Shown in pieces: positions 1-11,252 of a stretch of DNA of 64,000 nucleotides. A model generated the notes under the pieces. That model was not told the origin of the DNA and made no database searches. It worked only from the letters and a program-made list of their open reading frames with translations. Each line of letters starts with the position of its first letter. Position 1 is the stretch's first letter. The DNA comes from Amphiscolops sp. MND2022. Its lineage: Eukaryota. The translations under genes were made by a program, and so were the position numbers. Where the stretch lies: positions 13,022,001-13,086,000 of the forward strand of contig OZ076409.1 in the NCBI GenBank assembly GCA_964187785.1, written 5' to 3'.

Positions 1-1330
1 TGGTCTTCATATCGACCACTCTCAATCGCCAGTCATATTGGCAAAACGCTCGAATAGAAACTTGCAACTAAAATCAAATCACATCTCGAAGTGGATGGAC
101 TGCTTGGGGACGAACAGGGTTTCAGATAAAAAACACCACTCGACCGCTCTAGAGACACTACAAACGAATTCCTCAGTAATCAAGCAATTTCAAGTTTGCA
201 GACGATAGTTCTTTCATTGTCACTGCGAAAGATCCGTCAGAGTTATCTGCCATCCTTCAAAAACTTGTTCCGACGTCGAGAAAAGGTGTGTATTGGAGAA
301 TGTTATTGAACGGTAGAAAAATTGAGTTAGTCTTTTTCAACTGCGACGGAAATGATTTCGAACTCCCGTCCGTCAATGTTGATAAATGACAAATATCAAG
401 TTTAAAAAACAACAAAGTCTCTCGGAGTAATTATTGATAGCAAACTCAACTACCGGAATTGTCTACTAAAACAATCGAGAAAGCAAAGCGAAATTGGAAT
501 ATAATTAAGTCGTTTTGCAGAAGAAAATGGAGCCTTGCAGTTTCAACGCTACTGTTTTGTACAAAACCACCATCTTACCCTCACGTTTCTATGCAGAACC
601 AATATGGCGTGGGACAATTCTCTTACACGCAGTACAGAATAGATTCAAAAAGAGAGTCTTTAGATACTGATTTTTGCCGAATATCGACTCTTGTCAGGTT
701 CTGCTGGGCACGCCGCCTCTTGATCTTCTGAGTACAGCCTTGAACGTCAAATTTGTCTTGAAACTCAAACTAGAAGACGATTTACCACATTGGACCCAAT
801 ATGCATCTTCCTATTTTCCGGACAGTGTTGCTAACCTTCTCGAGAGTCATGTTACACGATTCGGAAAGTTTTTGAGAATTCAAAACTGTACGAGATGTAA
901 GCAGCAAAACGTCAGCCTTTTCAATAACCATCTGTGGAACCTTAGGTGAAAAAATAATGGCATCAAGTCATTTCTGAAGTGTTGCACCAAATTCCACCAA
1001 ATTGTAACACTCTATCGCCCCTTTTCAACCTAGAAATCTATGAAGCCATCAAAACGTTGTGAAATGCTGATTGGTAATTCTTTTGCTTTAGCTGATTACG
1101 CTTGGAAAAATTGACAGACGGTATCTCCGATTTGTCGCTGTGGCAAAAGTGAAGCGACTGAAGAACATTTCTTTTTGGCATGTAGTTTATACCATGACAT
1201 CTGACCTGAATACATTGACTCACTGAATCTCCTAGACCCTGAAGACTGCAATAGCATTGTTGGCTACATCTCACAATCCACGAAGTTACAAGGAATCATA
1301 TAGCTCTCATCATTAAAGACTAACTTAACT
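1..1330 (+). mobile_element. Degenerate non-LTR retrotransposon (LINE) RT/C-terminal fragment
   Basis: Broken frames contain YRPLSIASHIG (near 10-42), KFADD (near 192-206) and KSLGVIIDSKLNY (near 415-453). Clearly homologous to 23500-25070. Right boundary approximate. Confidence 0.8.
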
Positions 1331-1830
1331 TTATCCAACTCGCAATGCTTTCTTTGTACTATTCATACGTTAAACACCCTCCGGCAACTTCGAATCTTTA
1401 GAAATATCCTAGAAGAATATATATAATCAGCTGATTCGAGAAAACTCAAAACCGAGTTCGCAAAAGTTGTAACACTAGGTTCTGAACAAAACAGAACTCA
1501 ATAATTTGTGATGGGCTTGTTGAATTAGCTTCGAAGATTGCAGTGATTTCAGACCACACAGGCGAGTGGAATAACACCTCAGAAAAGTAAGTTAGATCAG
1601 CTACTGCGCTTAATTCGCAGAAAGCGTCCTCATACTTACCGTCAATTCAAGACGAGGTTGACATTCGGGCCGAAATTACAATGGCGGTCAAGGTGACAAG
1701 ATTGCTGATTTCACTGTCAACAGCTACAATCTGAAAACTGAAACATCATATGCACAAAGCTCTATTTTCTTTCCCCAACACCGGTTGTGCACGATTGGAT
1801 GGCCTTTCGCCTAACTTTTTTAAAGACCTG

Positions 1831-2745
1831 TGTTAGCACCAGTCATCAGAAGGCAGAGAAACTTGATTTGGATCATGCTAGTTGAGAAACAATAACTTAA
1901 ACACTTTATAACTTTGATTGAAATTTTGATGAAAATTCAAGGCGACCAAATCGAAAAAACCACCCAGTCGGGATTTTCTCGACAACTATTAGTAGTAGAG
2001 CCACGAAACTTGGCACAAAGATGCAACGACATAACACGGACAAACCGGCTAAGTTTCAAGGTCATTCTTTCATTATAACTACTTTTACCCCTCATATGTG
2101 TAGTATTAAAGGTCATTGAGACAAAAACGTAAACATTGCTATTTACCATTTAATCATATTAGAATGTAACTCTGTTGAAATTATTGATATTTACATTGTG
2201 TAAACAGGCTTCTAGTCCACCTAACCAACATGCCAAAACTACCACAAAATTTGTTTACTTAGCCAATAACTTCATATTATGCTTTAAATGTCATTTATTT
2301 TTACAACATACTTCAACTTATTTTAGCTTATATTTACTGTAGAATTGTGAACGATGTGTATACCATTATTAGATAAAGATTTTCTCCACTGAATAGCTAT
2401 AGTCAAGTTGGGTCTCAGGACCGCGAGACTAATTAACTTTCCACAACTTTACAACTTTTCGCTAGAGTCAGAGCGAATAAGTAGCTACTCTCACAGTTGG
2501 AGAGCCGGAGCGCGTAAAGATACAGAGCGGGAAGTTTGTGCTGGATCACATCGGATCCACCCTAGTGCAAAGAGGATCACCAGGAGATCCTATGGGTCAC
2601 ATCGGACCCACCAGTCAAAGATACAGTCCTTTAAAACACGAAAACCAGGATTTGTTTAGTAAAGGTCCACAGTACTAAGCAACGGACAAGAGCGGCGTAA
2701 AGCTTGTCAAGCCTCAGCGCAGGATAAAGGCAGGCAGCCGTTACA
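1831..2745 (+). repeat. 5' LTR of BEL/Pao element
   Basis: Starts TGTTAG, ends GTTACA; direct repeat of 7555-8469; followed by the PBS. Confidence 0.92.
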
Positions 2746-2747
2746 TT

Positions 2748-2764
2748 TGGTCCACCGACCTGGA
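2748..2764 (+). promoter_or_regulatory. Primer-binding site (tRNA-Tyr-like, tentative)
   Basis: TGGTCCACCGACCTGGA begins 2 nt after the LTR end. TGG is the complement of tRNA CCA, and TGGTCC is typical of BEL elements. Confidence 0.7.
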
Positions 2765-2869
2765 CCCCTCGTTGGTGGACGAGCCGGACTAGAAGAAGAC
2801 GACACGTTGGCGGACAACTGAGAAGATTGCCCAAGAAGAACAAGTGTCTGATTCTTGGAGTCTCTGACT

Positions 2870-3027
2870 TTGTGGCTTTGGGAGATTGGGCTGCTATATC
2901 ACTGGGCGAGTGGGCTTTTGTGTCTCTGGGAGATTGGACTACTGTGTCTCTGGGAGATTGGGCTATTGTGTCTCTGGGAGTTTGGGCTATTGTGTCTCTG
3001 GGAGTTTGGGCTATTGTGACTTTGGGA
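2870..3027. repeat. 24-bp tandem repeat in the BEL 5' leader
   Basis: About 6-7 units resembling GTGTCTCTGGGAGATTGGGCTATT. Confidence 0.85.
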
Positions 3028-3415
3028 ACTGAGTTCAAACAAGAAGAGAAGAGATCGCTCAACCAAAATGGTTTGATATCAACAAGGTTGAAAACTTTCT
3101 GAAGAACTCCGCAGACAAGTCCCAAACGTTGCGTAATTGGAATGCAGCTGTCGAGCAGGGCAAGACGATCAGAGGAATTGATGAATATCTGGCTAGCAAT
3201 GATGACAACAAACAGATAGCAGAGCTACTGTTACGACGAACAGATTCCAAAAACAGACAAGAGCGACTCATTAAGGCAGTCGAAAATGCTGTCGAAGTCA
3301 AGTACCAACCACAGAGACCCAAAATGTTCTCAACAGTGATCAAAGCGATTGCAGAGCCGATTTGTTGAGTTGCAGCGACAAAACTCTAGCATTTATCTTT
3401 AAGGGTAAAAGTACT

Positions 3416-6300
3416 GATGGCAGCTTTGCAAGACGAAAATCAGATACTAAACTATTTGGATCTTGAAGAAAAGAAACGTGCTATTGATCAATAAAAGGAT
3501 TAGAAATGAGAAGTTGCTTGAAGATTCAATCGCAGAGGGCAAAAACGTCGACGAAGAAGATTATGCTGCAGCATGTCTTGAAATGCTACAGAAAAGGTCT
3601 GACATCAAAACGCAAATGGAAGCTCTGCTGAAGTCAGGAGACGAGGGAGCCATTTTGCGAAGTCTTGAAGACGCCGAACAAAGACTAGCAGACGTTCGTG
3701 CAAGCGTAGCAGCAGACAAATCCAGTAAAGATGGTACATCACCACAAAAGGAACCACAATCAGACAATGAACGAAAGGAAAACAATAATCACAATGTAAA
3801 TGGCAGCCAAAAGCCAACGAACGAAACTAGATCACAGCCAATAGAAGAAATGAGCGAGCTTGCAGTTCTTCTTGCTCCTTCAAAGTTTTTATCTTCCAAT
3901 CAGGGATTCGTCTTACACTTGACGTTTTCGAGAACACAGCACAAAGATGGTACATCACCACAAAAGGAACCACAATCAGACAATGAACGAAAGGAAAACA
4001 ATGATCACGATGTAAATGGCAGCCAAAAGCCAACGAACGAAACTAGATCACAGCCAATAGAAGAAATGAGCGAGCTTGCAGTTCTTCTTGCTCCTTCAAA
4101 GTTTTTATCTTCAAATCAGGGATTCGTCTTACACTTGACGTTTTCGAGAACACAGAGGTTTTGTTGCTTTTGGGTTTGTCACCAAACTTTGGCTTCGCAA
4201 GGTGACAAACCCAAAAGCAACAAAACCTCTGTGTTCTCGAAAACGTCAAGTGTAAGACGAATCCCTGATTTGAAGATAAAAACTTTGAAGGAGCAAGAAG
4301 AACTGCAAGCTCGCTTGACGGAACTGAATCAATAGGAAATAGCTGACCTGCAAGAAGAGTTGGCTCGCGAGGCTAGAATAGCCGAAAAGGAAACAGAAAG
4401 AGCGAAAGTGTCGAGCAGTCGTGGTTCTAGCTTGAGAAGCATCTCACCAGTCGGGACTCCAGATGACAATCTGACGAAAGTCTCAGGATGGATGGACAAG
4501 ACAGAAGAAGCTGAAAACGTGGCATCGTCTATTAACGTGACACCAGTATACCAGCAAACGTCCGTCTCCGCTCAAGTGATTACAGTACGAACAACACATG
4601 GAGCATAATGCTCTGCGCTAGTGAAGGACTTGAAACCCCCGGTGAAACCGACCATATCCACAGAAGCCGCAATGCGAGGTATTGGATAGGACAGAACAAA
4701 GACTGTCATAGATGTTGGCAGTCAAAGAGCAACAGGACCACCAGAAGTGAAATTCGCCTCATCGAAGCCTTCGATGACTCTCAGTGCAGACCAGAATCGG
4801 TTAACGCCTACGTTTAGAGGCATCCCGAGTGGTGCATTTCAAGTACCACAGTTTGTGAACAGACAGAAGCAGTATATGCCAAGTCAAGGGCCATACATAG
4901 CGTCAAGTACAAAAGACGACTATTTCATCAGATCTAGCTTGCCAAAACAGAAGTTGGCAGAATTGTCAGGTGACCCATTGGAGTGGCCAGAGTGGTCACA
5001 ACTATTTCAAGCGACCGTCCACGCAGCGAACGTGGACGACAGTGTAAAGATGAATCACTTGAAAACAAGGGTAACGGGCAAAGCCAAAGAGGCGATAGCT
5101 GGCCTTGGGTACACCGCTGAGATGTACAATGTGGCGTGGAACGTTCTAGTTCGAAACTTTGGAAAACCGCAGATGGTTGTGAACGCTCAACTGAAGCGAA
5201 TATACTCCGTTCTGGGCAGTGCCACAAAAAAGTTAACACAGGACATGAAAAGGAAGTGGCTCACTTATGTGAAGCAAATGAACCTGTATCAACCTGGACT
5301 CGCTGTATTCAGTGAGTGGCTCAATGATAAAGCAGATGTTCAAGATGAATTGCTATTGTATTTGAACCCAAATGCTGATCGCGCAAAGTCGAGCTACAAG
5401 GAAAAGACCGAAGGCTCTACGTTTGCAACCTCTGCAAGAAGCTCAGTAAATGACAATTCGAAAACTCAACGAGAGTGTGTGTTGAAAGATGGTCAACATC
5501 AAAGATGGAAATGCGAAAATTTCAAAAAAATGAACGTTGAAGAAAAAGGACAAAAAGCGAAGGATCTGTAGCTGTGCTTCAAATGTTTTTCAGAAGCACA
5601 TCAGATGAGAAACTGTTCTGGCAGACTCTGCGACGTCAATGGTTGCGGAAAACCTCATCACCGATTACTACACCGACCTTACAAGAACGAGGAACAGAAG
5701 CAAAATCTTGAAAATGTCGAGAAGGTCTCTAACATGTACTCAATGAGAAGCAGTGGTGTGCTTCCAGCCGTTCCAGTAACGATCAGAAGTGGGAGCAAAA
5801 CTCTGAAAACGTTTGCTTTGTGCGACTCGGGAGCTAGTTTGTCGTTCGTGGACGAGAGCCTGATGAAATCGCTAAATCTGATGGGACTTCCAGTGGATCT
5901 GAATGCTGCAGGGATTCATGGAACGTCAGATATTAGTTGAAAACGACTTCGAGTCAGGATTGGAGATCAAGACGGAAAGGTCAATGAAGAAATCATGGCC
6001 TATAGTCATCCCAAAGTGAATGCAGGAAATCGAACGTACAACTTCGAGAAATTGAAAGAAACATATCATCACTTGTCAGATTTGAAAGATTCTACCATTA
6101 ACTTGGGAGATGTAAAACTCATCTTGGGACAAGATTGTTATCACTTGCATAGAGGAACTGACTATAGAAAGTGTGGAAACGCAAAACCCTGGGCAGTGCG
6201 AACGAAGCTCGGATGGATGCTCAGTGGACCCTTGCCACAACAAAAAAGTGCGAAACTCGCAAATGAAAATTTGTTCCCAGCAGAACTGGACCCTTCAGCA
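3416..6300 (+). pseudogene. BEL/Pao gag-protease, disrupted by stops, frameshifts and internal rearrangements
   Basis: ORF fragments 3463-4335, 4360-4608, 4747-5571, 5605-5940 and 5995 onward. Motifs CFKC..H, CDVNGCGKPHHRLLH, DSGAS and AVRTKLGWMLSGP. Confidence 0.85.
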
Positions 6301-7554
6301 GGTCAATTGAAATTTCGGTGGAGCATGGGATTGTATGCATCCCGCTGCAGCGTATCCGAAATGTCCAAGGAAAACACGGAGAACTCACAAGACATATTCG
6401 TTGCAGAAAGAAACTGGCAGGAAGTCAGTACTAAATCCCTCCTCTTGGAAATCGAGCAAATTTGGCAAGACGAAATGCACCTAGCTGTGGGTGACCATGC
6501 GGTAGTCAAATAAGACAAAAATATGGGTTTCTCATTTACAGAAGAAAAGAACGGACATGAAAGTTTTGCAATTAAATCAAACATCCGAACCTTGGAAGAA
6601 CTTAATGTGAAGCTTGATTTGCTGAAAGAGAATATAGATGTCGCCTCTGTACGACAGCATGTCGAAGAAAAGCAACCAACTCAAATGCAAGCCGTGAACT
6701 TCGCTAACAAGACCTTTACACTTGAAGAGGGAAAAAAGTGTTCTCAAATGAACAAAGTGGTTGAATTTGTAAAAGAGTGTCAAGTCGAACTTCATGAATG
6801 TTCAAGAGGAGAAGCGATGTATCGAAGACACTCCAGTGATTTGTTGGAACGCAACCAACCGTCTAAAGACAGCGCAAGTGATGGAACAAAAGCCGTAAAG
6901 ATGTCATTTTGGAGAAAATAGGACGTTGGGTTGAACAAAAACTGCTTGACAAAACTATTCCAAACGACCTTGAAAATTGTAAAAACTGGTTAGGTAATGG
7001 AAACTCGGGAATGGCAGATGCTATCCCTAATGTGTACATTTAACTTAGCACTTTCTCAGCAAACACTTCTCGAAGCGAGCTTGGAAGTTTGAATCCCAAT
7101 TCGATTACATGGAGTAACGAAAGCGCTCAGTTGAATTCAAATGGCCTCCTACGTGCAAATATTGATGCAGATGAATTTGCAGACAAAATATAGCTGATGG
7201 AAACACGAATGGGTGCTTTAAAAGCCCGAACAACAACACGCTCCAAAATTAGACCTTGCATAGGTCCGGCCGCATTATGGGAAGGAGTGATGATGCAACG
7301 TGACTCTTTTGGAAAATGCTTCAAAGAAGAAGTTCGACAACTGGAAGTCAATGATTAGGTTTGGATAGTGGATGAAAATGTGAAAAGAACACACTACAAG
7401 GTAGAAGTAGAGTGTTGGAAGTCTATCATGGAAGCGATGGGTGAGTGAGATCAGCGCTGGTGAAAACTGAAGATGAAAATTTCAAACTACCAGTCGTGAA
7501 ACGGGCACCCTTGTTCTACGAAAGTGTCTTTCGGGAGAAAAACAGGGCCGGCAA

Positions 7555-8469
7555 TGTTGACGCCAATCATCAGAAGGCAGAGACACTTGATTTGGAACAT
7601 GCTAGTTGAGAAACAAGAACTTAAACACTTTATAACTTTGATTGAAATTTTGATGAAAATTCAAGGCGACCAAATCGAAAAAACCACCCAGTCGGGATTT
7701 TCTCGACAACTATTAGTAGTAGAGCCACGAAACTTGGCACAAAGATGCAACGACATAACACGGACAAACCGGCTAAGTTTCAAGGTCATTCTTTCATTAT
7801 AACTACTTTTACCCCTCATATGTGTAGTATTAAAGGTCATTGAGACAAAAACGTAAACATTGCTATTTACCATTTAATCATATTAGAATGTAACTCTGTT
7901 GAAATTATTGATATTTACATTGTGTAAACAGGCTTCTAGTCCACCTAACCAACATGCCAAAACTACCACAAAATTTGTTTACTTAGCCAATAACTTCATA
8001 TTATGCTTTAAATGTCATTTATTTTTACAACATACTTCAACTTATTTTAGCTTATATTTACTGTAGAATTGTAAACGATGTGAATACCATTATTAGATAA
8101 AAATTTTCTCCGCTGAATAGCTATAGTCAAGTTGGGTCTCAAGACCGCGAGACTAATTAACTTTCCAAAACTTCACAATTTTTTGCTAGAGTCAGAGCGA
8201 ACAAGTAGCTACTCTCACAGTTGGAGAGCCGAGGCGCGTAAAGATACAGAGTGGGAGGTTTGTGCTGGATCACATCGGACCCACCCTAGTGCAAAGAGGA
8301 TCACGAGGAGATCCTACGGGTCACATCGGACCCACCAGTCAAAGATACAGTAATTTAAAACACGAAAACCAGGATTTGTTTAGTAACGGTCCACAGTACC
8401 AAGCAACGGATCAGGGCGTGGTAAAGCTTGTCAAGCCTCAGCGCAGGATGAGGGCAAACAGCCGTTACA
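7555..8469 (+). repeat. 3' LTR of BEL/Pao element
   Basis: Preceded by purine-rich GGGAGAAAAACAGGG and by an integrase-tail remnant (VRSALVKT...PVVK); ends GTTACA. Confidence 0.92.
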
Positions 8470-11252
8470 ACCCGACTGCCAAAATGCACGGGAGAAACGT
8501 CTAAATTGTTACAAGCCTTTGGCTCAAAGTCATTCCGCTTAAATTTTCCCTTGAGTCAAATGACTTAATATTTTCCAGCCAAATGACCACAAACTTGAGC
8601 CAAGTCTATTCTAACTCAAGGAATGTCTAGAAACAATTTACACACTAAATCTGAGTTGAGGTTTTTCCGAAATGTTCACGAACAAAAAAGGTTACACAAT
8701 GTTTGGCATAATTGTTGTATGGTTTCGCTTCGCCAAGTAGTACCATTGAGGCATGGCCAACTAGCCTGTCGCTCCTGCATTTCAGCACAGGGGTATGTAA
8801 ACATATCTACGTTGAAATATTAGTTTCTACAAAGTCTGCCTCGCGTTTTCGATTTAGTGACTTCAAGCCAAATGGAATTAGGCCAATTGACCAATTACCA
8901 GGAATTATAGTAAGTTTTTAGAAAGCAAGTTTGTAGAAGTCTACAATTTTAATATGGATCTGTATGTTTCCAGAATTGTTTCCTACAGAATTTTTATACG
9001 ACGCTACAATCTTGTCCCGAAGCTATACAAACGTGGAAAAAAGATTAGTAGTTTTGTTGTATGGCTCGGTCGCTTCGCCAAGTAGTAAAATTGAGGCTTC
9101 GCACTTGCATTTAGGGCACTAGGAGTATATGTGCATAGCTGGTTACGATATCCCAAATAGTTCGCCGCTGTGCAGCACACAATTTCAACAAATTTAATTG
9201 TTTCCAATTTTCCTTTATGACATTTATGTCATTTAGGGAAAACATCCGACAACAACAAAAAATTCAGAATGCATGCCCTAAATTTCAAACTTTCAAAACA
9301 ATCGATGACCGTTTTGAAGAAGAAAACTTCTACAAACTTACTATCACTTTTTCAACAAAATACTTCTACGAATATGTTTTCTACAAAAGTACCACTACCT
9401 TTACCAGAGATGTTTGGCCTATCAAAATGAACCAAGTGGTTGAATGTTTTGAGCCAAATGCCCTAAGGTCAAGTGATTTTAAGTCAAATGGCCATTTACT
9501 GTTTACTACATGAAAAAGGTCCTGAAGACCTTCGCTTTTATTTTTTGGTTTTTGGTTGCTAAACTAATTGCACCGAGGAAGCATGACAGAGGACATCGAC
9601 CTTTAGCTACTGGGAACACTATCCGCCCACAGTTTGCGAACTGAGCTGGCTAGAATGTTCTTGATTCTCGACAAGCGAATTACGCAAGCAGTCAAGTAGT
9701 TTTTGGTATCAACAAAAACATCATATTTACCTCACGTTTATCCTACTTCGGTTAAAAGTCCCCACTACAGAGAATACTTCATCCATAATTTATAAACACA
9801 GTCAACTCTGATATAAGACAGTTGATGCTTGAGGAAAGCTTCAATGTTCATCCTGAAACCTACTATGTTTTAACAATCAGCTAAAAAACAAGCGAATTTC
9901 CTTTTGTACGGATATTCGTTGAATAGTACTTGGGAAGAGACTCACACACAGGACACTGAAAAGTTAGCTTTCTTTTATGGGGTCGTTCAAGGAATGATTT
10001 ATAAAATTGAGTCGAAAATAATCCTATGGTAACTCGAAGATGGGACCAAATTTGGAGACAGTGGCAAAAGAGCTTTGAAAAAAACTGAAGAGGGAAAAAT
10101 CTTGTGCTCAAATACAAATCCTCAAAAAGTGAACATCTTACAGGTGCTGCCAACCAATAGCAATGATCAGCAATAGTTTCTGCATTTCTCTCGCAGGCTG
10201 CCACCTGTGACGGTCGACAATAACAACAACAGCTGAAGGACAAGAGATCGCACCCGGCACGCTGCCGACCTTCTAATATTAGAAACTGACAAACATTTGG
10301 TTAGACTGAATCCTAGTCTAGTTTTATATTTTAATATACTCCTTTGTTTTACCAGCATGTTCTACTATGCTCTGTTGTTAGTCTGTTAACATTTAGATGG
10401 AAATTCCCAAGTTGAACTTTAAAATATCGCAGCAGTAATAAAACCAAAGCACGTCATGCAATGGTAAACTGTTTACAACTGATCAACAGTGAAAGAAACG
10501 CGTTCTAATGAGACAAAGTGCTACTCAGGCGACGTTCCTTGCGCACGTCGCTCGGACCAATCAGAAATCACTTTTTGCTATGTTAATTGAGTACTTCAAT
10601 GCTAATGGCCGAGTGGGGCTTTTTGACGCTGTTGTGATATACATAAAAGTATCAGTGGTCAAATGACCCATTCTGGCTATTTTCTTAAAATATGTTGCTG
10701 TATCACTAATTACTCTTGCAATTAGGTAATACCAATGATTCTAGTACTTGCCATGATAAATCTCTACTTTTGTGCAGATTAGTTGCTAATCATCGATGCT
10801 TTGCTTTAATAGATTCGTTTGTATGCCTATGTAAGATAAAACTCTCGGACGTATTCATGTGTCAAGTAGCTGGTTCAGGCTAGCTTTATGTAGTATTGAA
10901 CAACATGATAATGTAAAATCGTGTTTGTTTGAACGACCCTCTGACCATGCGTGTACGCATGTGCCTGTTGAGGAATTTCCATTTAAAGATGATTAAAGCG
11001 CATAAGTGCTTTGAAGTGTTGATGTTATTTGTAATCATATGATATTGGTATGTACACATGTTCAAAATAATCACGTCCATAACCGTATTTCGCGATATTC
11101 AAAAAATGTGAGTGTAATTCTCCTGAGGGTATTTATAGCTGTAACACTTCAGGGATGGACACAAATTCTCCGAACTTCATAGTGTTCAAAACGCTTGTTA
11201 AAAGTTTAATTTACCGATAAAATAATTCAATTGTCACTATCGGGTATTCTTG

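Larger units (their letters stand above)
1831..8469 (+). mobile_element. BEL/Pao LTR retrotransposon, non-autonomous (gag + protease + integrase C-terminal tail, no recognisable RT)
   Basis: Two 915-bp LTRs (TGT...ACA) at offset 5724; near-perfect 5-bp TSD ACCTG/ACCCG; PBS TGGTCCACCG; BEL-type gag (PLEWPEW..F, KMNHLK), three Cys/His knuckles and protease ALCDSGAS. Confidence 0.92.

Noticed and set aside
2860..3030. Regular 24-bp repeat suggestive of a CRISPR array or repeat protein (ORFs 2631-3125 and 2827-3102)
   Set aside because: Units are contiguous with no unique spacers and lie in a retrotransposon leader; the ORFs are by-products of the repeat.
8490..9500. Clusters of AAATGAC/GTCATT and TTCTAC/GTAGAA motifs plus a twice-occurring CGCTTCGCCAAGTAGTA core, resembling nested old MITEs
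   Set aside because: Could not define termini or TSDs, so it was not called.
10630..11146. Possible solo LTR (TGTTG...TAACA) upstream of the Gypsy gag
   Set aside because: No matching TSD, no PBS after it and no second copy in the window.
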